From NCBI GenBank assembly GCA_963711305.1, contig CAVQDT010000001.1:514432-578431 (forward strand): DNA of 64,000 nucleotides. Reading direction: 5' to 3'. Each line of letters starts with the position of its first letter. The stretch's first letter is position 1. Below the pieces are notes generated by a model. That model made no database searches. It saw only the letters and a program-made list of their open reading frames with translations, and was not told where the DNA came from. Positions 9,565 through 19,053 of this stretch are shown piece by piece. Origin of the DNA: an uncultured Pseudomonadota bacterium (GTDB lineage: Bacteria > Myxococcota_A > Polyangia > Fen-1088). The position numbers were made by a program, and so were the translations under genes.

Positions 9565-11139
9565 CCGCCGCCGCCGCTGGCCGCATCGGGCGGTGGCTGC
9601 TGGCCGCGGCGCTGTCTCTGCCAGCGCTGTGCCTGTTCCCGGCGCGCGCTCAGGCGATGCGCCTGGCGCTGCTGATCGGCAACGACGAGGGACACGCCGA
9701 AGACGTGCACCTCCACTACGCGGAGAGCGACGCCACTCGTCTGGCCGCGACGCTCACGCGCGTCGGGGGCTTCGAGGCCGACGCCACGCTGGTCGTCCTC
9801 GGCCGCACCGCCGGCGAGATCAAGCAGGCGATCGCGGGCGTCGCCGCGCGCCTGCGCGCCACACCGGGCGAGCACGTGGTCGTCGTCTACTACTCGGGCC
9901 ACGCCGACGCGCAGGCGTTGCACCTGGGCGCATCGAGCTATCCGTTCGTCGAGCTCAAACAGGAGATCGCCGCGCTTCCCGCCGCCGCGCGCGTGTTGAT
10001 CCTCGACGCGTGCCAGGCCGGCGTGCTCACGCGCGCCAAGGGCGGCCGCACCGGGCTCGGCTTCGACGTCCCGCAAGGCGGGCTCGAACCGGTGCGCGGG
10101 CTCGCGATCCTGGCCGCCACCGCCGGCTCGGAGCTGGCGCAGGAGTCGGATCAGCTGGGCGGCTCGGTGTTCACGCACCACCTGCAGCTCGGATTGTCGG
10201 GCCTGGCCGACCGCAACCGCGACGGCATCGTGTCGCTCGGCGAGGCGTTCGACTACGCGTCGGACCGCACCGTCGCAACGACGCTGGGGACGACGACCGG
10301 ACCGCAGCACCCGACCTTTCGCCTCGACCTCGCCGGCCGCGACGAGCTGGTGCTGACTCGCCCCGGTGTGCGCGGCGCCGGCTACGGACAGATCCATCTC
10401 GACGTGCCGGGCTGGTACTTCATCCGCCGCCGCGACGGCACCATCGCCGCCGAGATCGTGAGCGCGGGCGGCGAGACCCTGGCGCTCGATCCCGGCCCGT
10501 ACGAGGTCACGCGCCGCGGGCGCGCAGGGCTGGACGTCGCCGCGATCTCCGTCGGTGAGCGGCAGGTCACGGCGATCAGCAGCGCGCCCGTCACCCACGT
10601 CGCGTTCGGGCGCATGGTGCGCAAGGGAGGCGGCGCCGAGGTGTCGTACGGTCTGGCGATCGCCACCTCGGCGCGCTCCGCCGTTCAGGACCTGGGCATG
10701 TCGTTCGGCCTCGGCGTCGCGGCGCGCGCCGACCTGCGCTTCGCGTCGCTGGAGCTGCGCCTCGGCCTGGGGCGCGCGCGACAGGACGGTGCGCGCCTGA
10801 CCTCGACGACGTGGGAGAGCGCCGCCTCGCTGGCGATGCTGCGTGCGCACGACTTCGACGCGCACCGCGCGCTGGCGGCTACCGACCGTCGCCGCCGGGC
10901 TTGAAGGCGGGCTCGCCTACTTGACCGAGCAACTCGACGATGGCCAGCGCCACGACAGCGCGAGCCCGTTCTTCGGCCCGACCGCGCTCGTCGAGCAGAC
11001 GATCGGACGCCGCGCCTTCGTGCGCGCGGACGTGCGCGTGCCGGTGTACGTGATCCGGACGGCGTCGCTGATCGGCCCGACGCAGACGCGCCTCAGCCCC
11101 GCCCTCGCCCTCGCGCTGGGCGCCGGCGTCTGGTTCTGA
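9561..11139 (+). CDS. caspase-family (peptidase C14) protein fused to a beta-barrel-like C-terminal domain; reading frame broken near 10855-10900
   Basis: ATGA overlap with the anti-sigma stop. Signal peptide, then His/Cys dyad context (VVVVYYSGHADA, ILDACQAG). The C-terminal alternating-strand region continues in the next frame (ORF 10843-11139) and ends ...ALALALGAGVWF. Confidence 0.75.
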
Positions 11140-11255
11140 CCCAAATCCGGATATCGCCCTCCAAGTCATCTATGACCCTCAGAACAGTTGAGCAGCTCAC
11201 ACTTTTGGTGCAAGAGTTGCCGCCGGGGGTCGACATGCCTATTTCTCGATTCATC

Positions 11256-13898
11256 ATGCGAAGCAAAGTTCTCGTTCTCGTCGGGCTCACCGTCGGGATC
11301 TTTGGGTGCGGCTCGCGCCGTTCCGAAGATCTCGGGAGCATCGGGATGGCTCTCCAGCTCGCGCCCGGTCTGACGCTGGATTCCGTCAAATACGTCATCA
11401 CCGCGCCTGAAGCGTCCTCGCAGATCGGGACGATCGACGTCAGTCAGAGCTCGACGATCTCGGCGACGATCGGTGGCCTGGTGGTGGGCGATGGCTACAC
11501 GCTCACGCTGTCGGCGACGGCCTCCAACGGGACCACCCAGTGCGGGGGAACGTCAGCGCCGTTCTCGGTCATGGCGCACGCGACGACCAGCGTGAACGTC
11601 CACCTGCTCTGCCAGGAAGCGCCCGCGAAGGGCAGCGTCATGGTCAACGGCACCGTCAACATCTGTCCGCGGATCGATGGTCTGTCGGCGAGCCCGGGTG
11701 AAGCCCTCGTCGGCGGCTCGATCGCGCTCGCCGGGGCCGCGCACGACACTGACGCGGCGCCGGGACCGCTGACCTACCGCTGGACGGCCAGCGCGGGCAC
11801 GCTCAGCGACGCAACCGCGGCGAACCCGACCTTCACCTGCACGACAGCCGGCACCGTCAACCTCACGCTCGCTGTCAGCGACAGCGACTGCAGCGACACC
11901 CAGTCGCTGACCGTGACCTGCACCGGCAGCGCGCACGTGGTCATCAACGAGGTCGAATCCAACGGCGATCCCCTCGGCGACTGGGTCGAGCTGACCAATG
12001 CGGGCACCGCGCCGGCCGACATCTCGGGCTGGAAACTGCTGGACAGCGACGATACGCATCCCTTCGTCGTCGTGCCCAGCGGGACAGTCCTCGCGCCCCG
12101 TGGCTTCTTCCAGATCTACGTCTTCCAGACCTTCGGGCTCGGCGCGCCCGACTCCGCGCGCCTCTTCGATGCCGCGGGCAACCCGGTCGACTCGTACGGC
12201 TGGATGACGCACGCGACGGGCACGTACGGCCGCTGCCCCGACGGCACCGGGCCGTTCATCGATTCGACACCCACGCCGGGCATGCCCAACGCGTGCAGCG
12301 TTGGTGGCATGGGTGGCGCCGGAATGGGCGGCGCGCCCGGCGTCGGCGGGGCGACCGGAACGGGCGGCGCTGAAATGGCCGACGCCGGAATGGGCGGCGC
12401 CGGAATGGGCGGCGCCGGAATGGGCGGCGCGCCCGGCGTCGGCGGGGCGATGGGCACGGGCGGCGCGGGCGGCACGGGCGGCGCCGTCTCGCCGATCGTG
12501 ATCAACGAAGTCGAATCCAATGGCGACGCTGTTGGCGACTGGGTGGAGCTGACCAACATCAGCGCGGCCACCGTCGACATCTCGGGGTGGAAGCTCAAGG
12601 ACAACGACGACACGCACGCCTTCGTCGTCGTGCCGGACGGCACCACGCTCGCGCCGCGCGGTTTCTTCTTCATCTCCGTCTTCCAGACGTTCGGGCTCGG
12701 CGCGCCCGACATGGCGCGCCTGTTCGATCCGGCCGGCAACCTCGTCGACTCGTTCAGCTGGACGACGCACGCGCTGGGCACCTACAGTCGCTGCCCCGAC
12801 GGCACCGGGCCGTTCATCGACACGACGGCGACGCAGGGCGCGGCCAACGCTTGCAGCGGCGGCAGCGCGGGCGGCGCCGGCGGCGCCGCGGGCACCGGCG
12901 GCGCGACCGGCACCGGCGGCATGGCGGCCAACGAATTCCCGTGGCCCGGCACCGATACGGTGATTACCGTCGACGACGCGGGCGCATTCCCGTCGAACCT
13001 GTCGGGCTTGAGCTACCAGCCGGCGACCGCGACCGATCCGGCGGTGCTGTGGGGGATCCAGAACGGACCGTCGAAGCTCTATCGCCTGCTCTGGAACGGC
13101 ACGACCTGGGAGTCCGATCCGACCAACGACTGGGGCGCCGGCAAAACGATCCACTACCTCGACGGCACCGGCGATCCGGATTCAGAGGGCGTGAGCAAGG
13201 CGGAGCTCGCCGACACGTCGATGTACGTCTCGACCGAGCGAGACAACGACAACAACCAGGTCAATCGCTTCAGCGTGTTGCGCTACGACACGACGGCCAG
13301 CGGAACCGATCTGACCGCGCTCAACGAGTGGCAGCTCACCGCCGACCTGCCCGCGATGGGGATCAACCTGGGGCTCGAGGCCATCACCTACGTCCCCGAC
13401 ACGGCGCTGGTCGCCGGCGGCTTCTTCGACGAAGCGAAGAACGCCCCCTACGATCCGGCCTCCTATCCCGACCACGGCACCGGCCTGTTCTTCGTCGGCC
13501 TCGAATCGAACGGCGTGATCTACGGATACGCGCTGAACCACGCCGACAACACGTTCACGCGCGTCGCCACCTTCGCGAGCGGCCAGGTTTCGATCATGGA
13601 TCTGTCTTACGACCGCGACGTCGGCTACCTGTGGGCTCAGTGCGACGACACGTGCGGCAACAAAGCGACGGTCTTCACACTCGACGCGACGGCAGGGTCG
13701 CCCACGGCGGGCCACTTCCAGGTCGGCCGCGTCTTCGATCGCCCTGATTCGTTGCCCAACTCCAACAACGAGGGCATCGCCATCGCCCCCGAATCCGAGT
13801 GCGTCGCCGGCCAGAAGCACTTCTTCTGGGCGGATGACGCTGCGCTGGACATGCATGCGATCCGCCGCGGGTCGATCCCCTGCGGACGGTTCTTCTAG
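11256..13898 (+). CDS. lamin-tail-domain (LTD x2) lipoprotein with C-terminal beta-propeller-like domain
   Basis: The lipobox start MRSKVLVLVGLTVGIFGCGS lies inside ORF 11172-13898. There are two LTD modules (VINEVESNGD..GDWVELTN...ISGWKL.D.DD). The C-terminus has NNEGIAIAPESEC. Confidence 0.85.
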   Translation: MRSKVLVLVGLTVGIFGCGSRRSEDLGSIGMALQLAPGLTLDSVKYVITAPEASSQIGTIDVSQSSTISATIGGLVVGDGYTLTLSATASNGTTQCGGTSAPFSVMAHATTSVNVHLLCQEAPAKGSVMVNGTVNICPRIDGLSASPGEALVGGSIALAGAAHDTDAAPGPLTYRWTASAGTLSDATAANPTFTCTTAGTVNLTLAVSDSDCSDTQSLTVTCTGSAHVVINEVESNGDPLGDWVELTNAGTAPADISGWKLLDSDDTHPFVVVPSGTVLAPRGFFQIYVFQTFGLGAPDSARLFDAAGNPVDSYGWMTHATGTYGRCPDGTGPFIDSTPTPGMPNACSVGGMGGAGMGGAPGVGGATGTGGAEMADAGMGGAGMGGAGMGGAPGVGGAMGTGGAGGTGGAVSPIVINEVESNGDAVGDWVELTNISAATVDISGWKLKDNDDTHAFVVVPDGTTLAPRGFFFISVFQTFGLGAPDMARLFDPAGNLVDSFSWTTHALGTYSRCPDGTGPFIDTTATQGAANACSGGSAGGAGGAAGTGGATGTGGMAANEFPWPGTDTVITVDDAGAFPSNLSGLSYQPATATDPAVLWGIQNGPSKLYRLLWNGTTWESDPTNDWGAGKTIHYLDGTGDPDSEGVSKAELADTSMYVSTERDNDNNQVNRFSVLRYDTTASGTDLTALNEWQLTADLPAMGINLGLEAITYVPDTALVAGGFFDEAKNAPYDPASYPDHGTGLFFVGLESNGVIYGYALNHADNTFTRVATFASGQVSIMDLSYDRDVGYLWAQCDDTCGNKATVFTLDATAGSPTAGHFQVGRVFDRPDSLPNSNNEGIAIAPESECVAGQKHFFWADDAALDMHAIRRGSIPCGRFF
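11931..12855 (+). repeat. intragenic tandem duplication of the LTD module (11931-12298 and 12485-12855) joined by a repetitive Gly/Met linker
   Basis: The two ~370-nt segments encode near-identical peptide modules. The linker 12299-12484 contains a repeated gccggaatgggcggcgcgcccggcgtcggcggggcga unit. Confidence 0.8.
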
Positions 13899-13908
13899 AC
13901 GCGCCGGC

Positions 13909-15420
13909 TCACCTCCGGCGCAGAGCCACCGCCGCCAGGACAGCGGTGGCCACCGAGATCGCGGCGCACAGCCACAGCGTGATCTGAAGAGTATGGGTGT
14001 AGGCCGCGCGCGCGGCATCGAGGAGGAGCGTGCTGCCAGCCCCCGACAAGTGCTGCTCGGCCGCCGCCACCGCTCCGCCCAGCGTGTCCATCGCCGCTCT
14101 TCGAGCGCTTTCGGGAATGCCGGCGAGCTCGGCCCGCGCGAGGTCTCCGCGGTAGATCGCGGTTCCGATGCTGCCCAGCACGGCGATCCCCAGCGCGCCG
14201 CCCATCTCCGAGCCGGTCTCCGAGAGCGCGGCAGCGGCGCCCGCCCGCGTGGCGGGTGCGGCGCCGATGATCAGGTCGGTAGACAAGGTGAACACCGGCG
14301 ACATGCCCAGCGAGTAGATCGTCGACGCGATCACCACCGCCTCGACGCCGGAGCCGGCAACGCGGGTGAGCGCAATGAACCCGGCCGCCGCGAGCAACAG
14401 GCCTCCGGCGATGACGGTCGCGCGCTGGAATCGCCGCGCCAGCACCGGCGCCAGGAACGAACCGACGATGTAGCTCGCCGACCAGGGCAAGATCCACAAT
14501 CCGGCGGAGAGCGGCGGTAGTCCGGCGACCAGCTGCAGATACTGCACGACGACGACGTACGAACCGAACGTCACCAGCGTGCCGAGCATGTACGTCGCCA
14601 GAGAGGCGCTGAACGCCGGCGTCCGGAACAGATACAGATCGATCAAGGGATCGGCGATCCGTCGTTGCCGCCTGACGAAGCCCGCGCCGAGGACCACGCC
14701 GGTGCCCACCGACGCCAGCGGCAACCAGCCGGCGCCTTGCTGCGCGAACAGCTTCATTCCATAGATCACCGCGAGCACGGCCAGCAGCGACAACGCAGCG
14801 CTGCCGATATCCAGCCGGCGCGCGGTCGGGTCGCGATACTCGGGCAGCACCATCGGGCCGGCGATGAGCAGCAGCGCCATCACCGGCACGGCGAGCAGAA
14901 ATACCGTGCCCCAGTGGTGGTGCTGCAGCACGATGCCGCCCAGCACCGGGCCGATGGCGCCGCCCGTCGAGTAGCTCGCCGTCCAGACGCCAATCGCGAG
15001 CGTGCGCTCGCGCGGGCTCAAGAACATGTTGCGGATCAACGACAGAGTCGACGGTGCCAGCGTCGCGCCGGCGATGCCCAGCAACGCGCGCGCCGCGATG
15101 AGCATTCCCGCGCTCCGCGCGAGCGCGGCGGCCACCGACGCGACGCCGAACGCCGCGGCGCCGATCAACAACAGGCGCCGCCGCCCGATCCGATCGCCGA
15201 GGTTGCCCATGGTGATCAGCAAGCCCGCGACGAAGAAACCATAGATGTCGATGATCCACAGGAGCTGCGCGCTGCTCGGCTGCAGATCCCGGGTGATGCG
15301 TGGCAGCGCCAGCTCCAGGACTGTCAGGTCCATGGAGTAGAGAAGGCAGGGCAGCGCGATCACCGCGAGTCCCAGCCAGCTCCGGCGTGTGGCCTTGGGA
15401 ACTTCAGCGACGGCGTTCAT
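13909..15420 (-). CDS. MFS transporter, DHA2 (14-TMS drug:H+ antiporter) type
   Basis: 503 aa, multi-TM, with typical motifs (LGDRIGRRRLLLIG, ...PVLGGIV...). Confidence 0.9.
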   Translation of the reverse strand: MNAVAEVPKATRRSWLGLAVIALPCLLYSMDLTVLELALPRITRDLQPSSAQLLWIIDIYGFFVAGLLITMGNLGDRIGRRRLLLIGAAAFGVASVAAALARSAGMLIAARALLGIAGATLAPSTLSLIRNMFLSPRERTLAIGVWTASYSTGGAIGPVLGGIVLQHHHWGTVFLLAVPVMALLLIAGPMVLPEYRDPTARRLDIGSAALSLLAVLAVIYGMKLFAQQGAGWLPLASVGTGVVLGAGFVRRQRRIADPLIDLYLFRTPAFSASLATYMLGTLVTFGSYVVVVQYLQLVAGLPPLSAGLWILPWSASYIVGSFLAPVLARRFQRATVIAGGLLLAAAGFIALTRVAGSGVEAVVIASTIYSLGMSPVFTLSTDLIIGAAPATRAGAAAALSETGSEMGGALGIAVLGSIGTAIYRGDLARAELAGIPESARRAAMDTLGGAVAAAEQHLSGAGSTLLLDAARAAYTHTLQITLWLCAAISVATAVLAAVALRRR

Positions 15421-15459
15421 GCCGATGAGTGCGCGCCTCGCGTCGAATGTTACACGCCG

Positions 15460-15729
15460 CTAGCGCGTTTGCCGGCGGTGCCAGTCGCGAAAGATGCGAT
15501 CCAGCTCGCTCGCGACCCGACCGTCGTCGGTAGGCGCGGCCGCGGCGCCCAGCTCCCCCGCCAGCTCCAGCATGGTTCTCACCTGGGCCAGATACGCGGT
15601 GCAGGGGGGACAGCTCTCCAGGTGCTCCTCGAAGCGTGTGCGATCCGCGGCAGGCAATGTGCCGCCCAGGTACTCGGTCACCAGCTCGACGATCTCGCGA
15701 CAAACGAGCTCGATTGGGTTCGCGTCCAT
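15460..15729 (-). CDS. zinc-finger anti-sigma factor (ZAS family, small cytoplasmic)
   Basis: 89 aa with HLESCPPC (HxxxCxxC). It overlaps the upstream ECF sigma gene by 1 nt. Confidence 0.8.
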   Translation of the reverse strand: MDANPIELVCREIVELVTEYLGGTLPAADRTRFEEHLESCPPCTAYLAQVRTMLELAGELGAAAAPTDDGRVASELDRIFRDWHRRQTR

Positions 15730-16376
15730 CAGATCTGCCCTGCTTCCGCCAGGTGCCGTTCCAGCCGGGCGCGGACCTTCGATCGCGCCCGGTGCAGCAA
15801 CACCCGCTGATTGGTGCCGGTCACGCCCAGGATGTTACAGGCCTCTTCGCCGGTCAGGCCCTCGAGGTCGCACAAGACCATGATCTGCTGCTGGATCAGG
15901 GGCAACTCGGCGATCGCTGCCTCAAGCACGCCGCGCAGCTCGCGCCGCTCGAGCGCCTGGTCGGGCCCGGGAAAAGGCGCGGGCATATCGGCCCAGTGTC
16001 CGGCCCAGCGGTGGCCGTCGGGGAGGAAGCGTTCGGGCTCGACCGACGGAGTGCTCTCGCCGGTCTCGCCGTCGGCCAGCTCCGGCAGCGGGACCTCGCG
16101 CCGCCGCGCGCGCGCGTGGGCTCGCGCGACGTTGACCAGGATCCCGTACAGCCAGGTGCGTAGCGACGACCGCCCTTCGAAGCGATCGATCGACTCGAGC
16201 GCCGCCAGCCACGCCGCCTGCACCGCCTCCGCTGCCGCCCCATCATCGCGCACCCACACGCGCGCGATGCGCAAGAAGCTCGGCTGCTGCGCCTTCACCA
16301 GCGCCGCGAACGCCGCGCCGTCGCCCCGGCGCAGGGCTGCGACGGTAGCGGCATCGCCGGCGCGGGCGTCGTCCAT
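15729..16376 (-). CDS. ECF-type RNA polymerase sigma factor
   Basis: 215 aa. Region 2 ([38 protein letters not shown]) and region 4 ([29 protein letters not shown]). Confidence 0.9.
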   Translation of the reverse strand: MDDARAGDAATVAALRRGDGAAFAALVKAQQPSFLRIARVWVRDDGAAAEAVQAAWLAALESIDRFEGRSSLRTWLYGILVNVARAHARARRREVPLPELADGETGESTPSVEPERFLPDGHRWAGHWADMPAPFPGPDQALERRELRGVLEAAIAELPLIQQQIMVLCDLEGLTGEEACNILGVTGTNQRVLLHRARSKVRARLERHLAEAGQI

Positions 16377-16422
16377 GGGCGGGGCAGTATGTCATGCGAC
16401 GTAGGAAATCCGGACAGGCGTC

Positions 16423-17040
16423 TCAAAAAGAAACGGTCGCGCCACTGAACGCGAAGCGCTGCGCCGGGTCGTAGCCGAGCTGCAGTTGCAGAGGCTGCTT
16501 GCTCAGCCGGTTGTTCTTGTTGACCACATCGAGGAGGTCCTGCCGCCCCGGCGAGCTGGCGTAGGCGATGACGCCGCCCACGACCATGATGCCGGCGCCG
16601 AGAAAGCTGAACGTGGCCGTCTTCGAGATGTTGCGCTGGTTACAAGCGCCCCATGTCGCCGAATCGGCGCCGAAGTTGGGGTCACTCAGCGTGGGGCTGA
16701 CACAATTGTCGGTGCTGGCAAATCCGTAGATTGCGGTCGCGACCCCAGCCACCACGCCGAAGGCCAGGGCTGCTTTCGCCGAGGCTTGCCGGGATTCGAG
16801 GCTGACCAAATCTGGGGCAATTTGCCCCCACAGCCCCGGATCGCTCGACTTGATCGAGTCGACGTACGCCCGAAGCCCCGCGACGCTGGCGTCGAAGTGC
16901 TGGTCGCCGAGCTGCAAGTGCTCGGGGAGATGCCCGCCGTACGGGTGCACGATCACGCCCGGCTGCGCCCAGGCGGCGCGCGGCAAGACGACGCTGGCCA
17001 TCAGCAAGCTCACCCCGAGCGACAATCGAAGTCTGGTCAT
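16423..17040 (-). CDS. hypothetical secreted/membrane protein
   Basis: GGAGG RBS before ATG 17038-17040. Signal peptide MTRLRLSLGVSLLMASVVLPRAAWAQ. Two C-terminal hydrophobic segments. Confidence 0.55.
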   Translation of the reverse strand: MTRLRLSLGVSLLMASVVLPRAAWAQPGVIVHPYGGHLPEHLQLGDQHFDASVAGLRAYVDSIKSSDPGLWGQIAPDLVSLESRQASAKAALAFGVVAGVATAIYGFASTDNCVSPTLSDPNFGADSATWGACNQRNISKTATFSFLGAGIMVVGGVIAYASSPGRQDLLDVVNKNNRLSKQPLQLQLGYDPAQRFAFSGATVSF

Positions 17041-17165
17041 GGTCCCCTCCGTCACGATGCGTCCGGACGGAGGCACAGCAATCTTCGCGCCACAACCCTC
17101 TCGCGCTCGCGCGGGGGCGAGTTGCCCCATTCCGACCAGTCGCGGGTTGTCTCAGTGAAGACCAG

Positions 17166-18719
17166 ATGCGAGACGAAGGACCGACGGCAGAAAGACTCGA
17201 CGGGTTGGCGATCGACGGTGGCGCCGCGAGCGCCGAGCCGCCGCCGCGCTGGGGCACCGTCGGCGACTACGAACGACTGGCGGGCGGCGAAGGTCGTGCG
17301 GTTCACTTCCGCCCGCAACGTCATCGCGGCACCAGCTGGGCGCCCGTCGCGGTCGTCGTGCGCGTCTGCGCCGGCGCGGAAACCATTAGCACCGAAGTGG
17401 TCGACGTCTCGCAGAGCGGCGTCGCGTTCGTCTGGCCGGCGCACCGCCCGGTCAGCATCGGGCAGGAGCTGAACGACGTCGTCGTCAGCTTCGACGACAG
17501 GGAGGCGTATCGCGGCGCCGCGCGGGTCGCGTCCGCGCGGCGAGACGACGGCGGGCGCACCCTCGCCGGGCTCGCGTTGATCGACGGCGCGATCGACGTC
17601 GACAGCTGGCTGCAGGTCCGCGATGTACGCCTGCGCCTGCGGCCCCGCTGGCGCATAGGCGGGCAGGAACGATTCAAGGCGGGCGTCGCGTCGCTGCGGC
17701 TGTTGCTGGAGGACGTCGAGGAGATGCTCGCGGGCCTCGACGCTTCGCTGTCGCCTCCCGCCGGAGGAGCCGATCGAGCGCCGCTGGTCGACGCCGCGAT
17801 CGAGGAGGAGGTCCGCCGCGAGATCGTGCCGGAGGTGGTGGCGCTGTCCGGCGAGATCGATCAGGCCTTTCGCGCGGCGACGTCGCCGACCGAGCGCGCG
17901 GCGCTGGGCGCGTTCTCGCAACGCTGCTTGCAGGACGTCTTGATGTGCGCGCCCTGGATGCACCGCGCGCGGCACAAGCCGCTCGGCTATCCCGGAGACT
18001 TCGGCGTGATGGCGTTCGTGTACAACGCCCCCTTCAGCGGTCCGACGCTGTTCGCGCGCGCTCTCAGCCTGGCGTTCTCGTGCACGCCAGCCGGCGAGGC
18101 CGTGCGCGCGCGCAAGGACATGCTGAGAGCGCAGCTCTCGGCGCGACTCGATCGGCCCCTGGGTCACTGGTCGCGGCCCTTGCGGATCCTGTCGATCGCG
18201 TCCGGACCGGCGCAAGAGATCGTCGAGCTGCTCGAATCGCGGCCGCCCCCGCCCTACCCCGTCGAGATCGTTCTTTTCGACCAGGACCAGCGCGCGCTCG
18301 CCCACGCGAGCGCCGCGATCCGGCGCGCCGCGCGCTGGCCTGGTTGCTTGCAAATCAGGTATCTGCACGACGCCATCAAGCCCCTGCTGCGCGGCGCGGG
18401 CGCGCTCGCCGGCGAGGGCACGTTCGACGTGATCTACGCTTGCGGCCTCCTCGACTACCTGCAGCCGCGCACCGCGGTCTCGCTGTGCCGCAACCTCTAC
18501 GAGCGCCTCGCGCCGGGCGGCACGCTCTACGCCGGCAACATGGTGCCGTCGAACCCGAGCCGCTGGTTCATGGAGCTGCACCTCGACTGGTTTCTCATCT
18601 ACCGCGAGATCGAGGAACTGCTGCAGATCGGCCGCGCGGCCGCGCCTGGCGCCGATGTGCAACTCCTGGAGGAAACGACCGGCGTCAATCCGTTCGTCGC
18701 GCTCCGGCGCGACCACTAG
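17166..18719 (+). CDS. PilZ-domain / class I SAM-dependent methyltransferase fusion protein
   Basis: 517 aa. N-terminal PilZ motifs RPQRHR (RxxxR) and DVSQSG (DxSxxG). C-terminal methyltransferase fold (ILSIASGPAQE..., DVIYACGLLDYL, LAPGGTLYAGN). Confidence 0.75.
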   Translation: MRDEGPTAERLDGLAIDGGAASAEPPPRWGTVGDYERLAGGEGRAVHFRPQRHRGTSWAPVAVVVRVCAGAETISTEVVDVSQSGVAFVWPAHRPVSIGQELNDVVVSFDDREAYRGAARVASARRDDGGRTLAGLALIDGAIDVDSWLQVRDVRLRLRPRWRIGGQERFKAGVASLRLLLEDVEEMLAGLDASLSPPAGGADRAPLVDAAIEEEVRREIVPEVVALSGEIDQAFRAATSPTERAALGAFSQRCLQDVLMCAPWMHRARHKPLGYPGDFGVMAFVYNAPFSGPTLFARALSLAFSCTPAGEAVRARKDMLRAQLSARLDRPLGHWSRPLRILSIASGPAQEIVELLESRPPPPYPVEIVLFDQDQRALAHASAAIRRAARWPGCLQIRYLHDAIKPLLRGAGALAGEGTFDVIYACGLLDYLQPRTAVSLCRNLYERLAPGGTLYAGNMVPSNPSRWFMELHLDWFLIYREIEELLQIGRAAAPGADVQLLEETTGVNPFVALRRDH

Positions 18720-19021
18720 CGCTGGATTCGATACGAGCGGAGCGTCGGCGGGCCCGCGAAGAAATGCCTGACCTTGCTCACGACCTCCTTGGCCGTGCCG
18801 CTCGCGTCGTAGGCGACGGCGGCCTCCTCGGTCGCCCAGATCGTGCAGGCCAAGATCGTGTAGGGAACGATCGGCCCGGCACCCTCCGCCGGTTCGAGGA
18901 GGTAGACGTCGACGTTGCCGGGCGCGGCCTTCACGACCGGAACGCAGTCGCGGTTGTAGACGGCGCGGAGCTCGTCGAGCTTGCCCGGAACCACTTCGAA
19001 TGACCCGAGTCGAACGAACAT
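18716..19021 (-). CDS. antibiotic-biosynthesis-monooxygenase (ABM/Dabb)-like small protein
   Basis: 101-aa ORF with size and pattern compatible with the ferredoxin-like ABM fold. Located downstream of the sigma gene on the same strand. Confidence 0.55.
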   Translation of the reverse strand: MFVRLGSFEVVPGKLDELRAVYNRDCVPVVKAAPGNVDVYLLEPAEGAGPIVPYTILACTIWATEEAAVAYDASGTAKEVVSKVRHFFAGPPTLRSYRIQR

Positions 19022-19053
19022 CGATCACCTCCGGCTGATGACGATAGCGCGGA

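Noticed and set aside
12299-12484. Tandemly repetitive GC-rich DNA (ggaatgggcggcgcc units), considered as a non-coding satellite or array.
   Set aside because: It is in frame within the LTD protein and encodes a Gly/Met/Ala linker between two duplicated domains.
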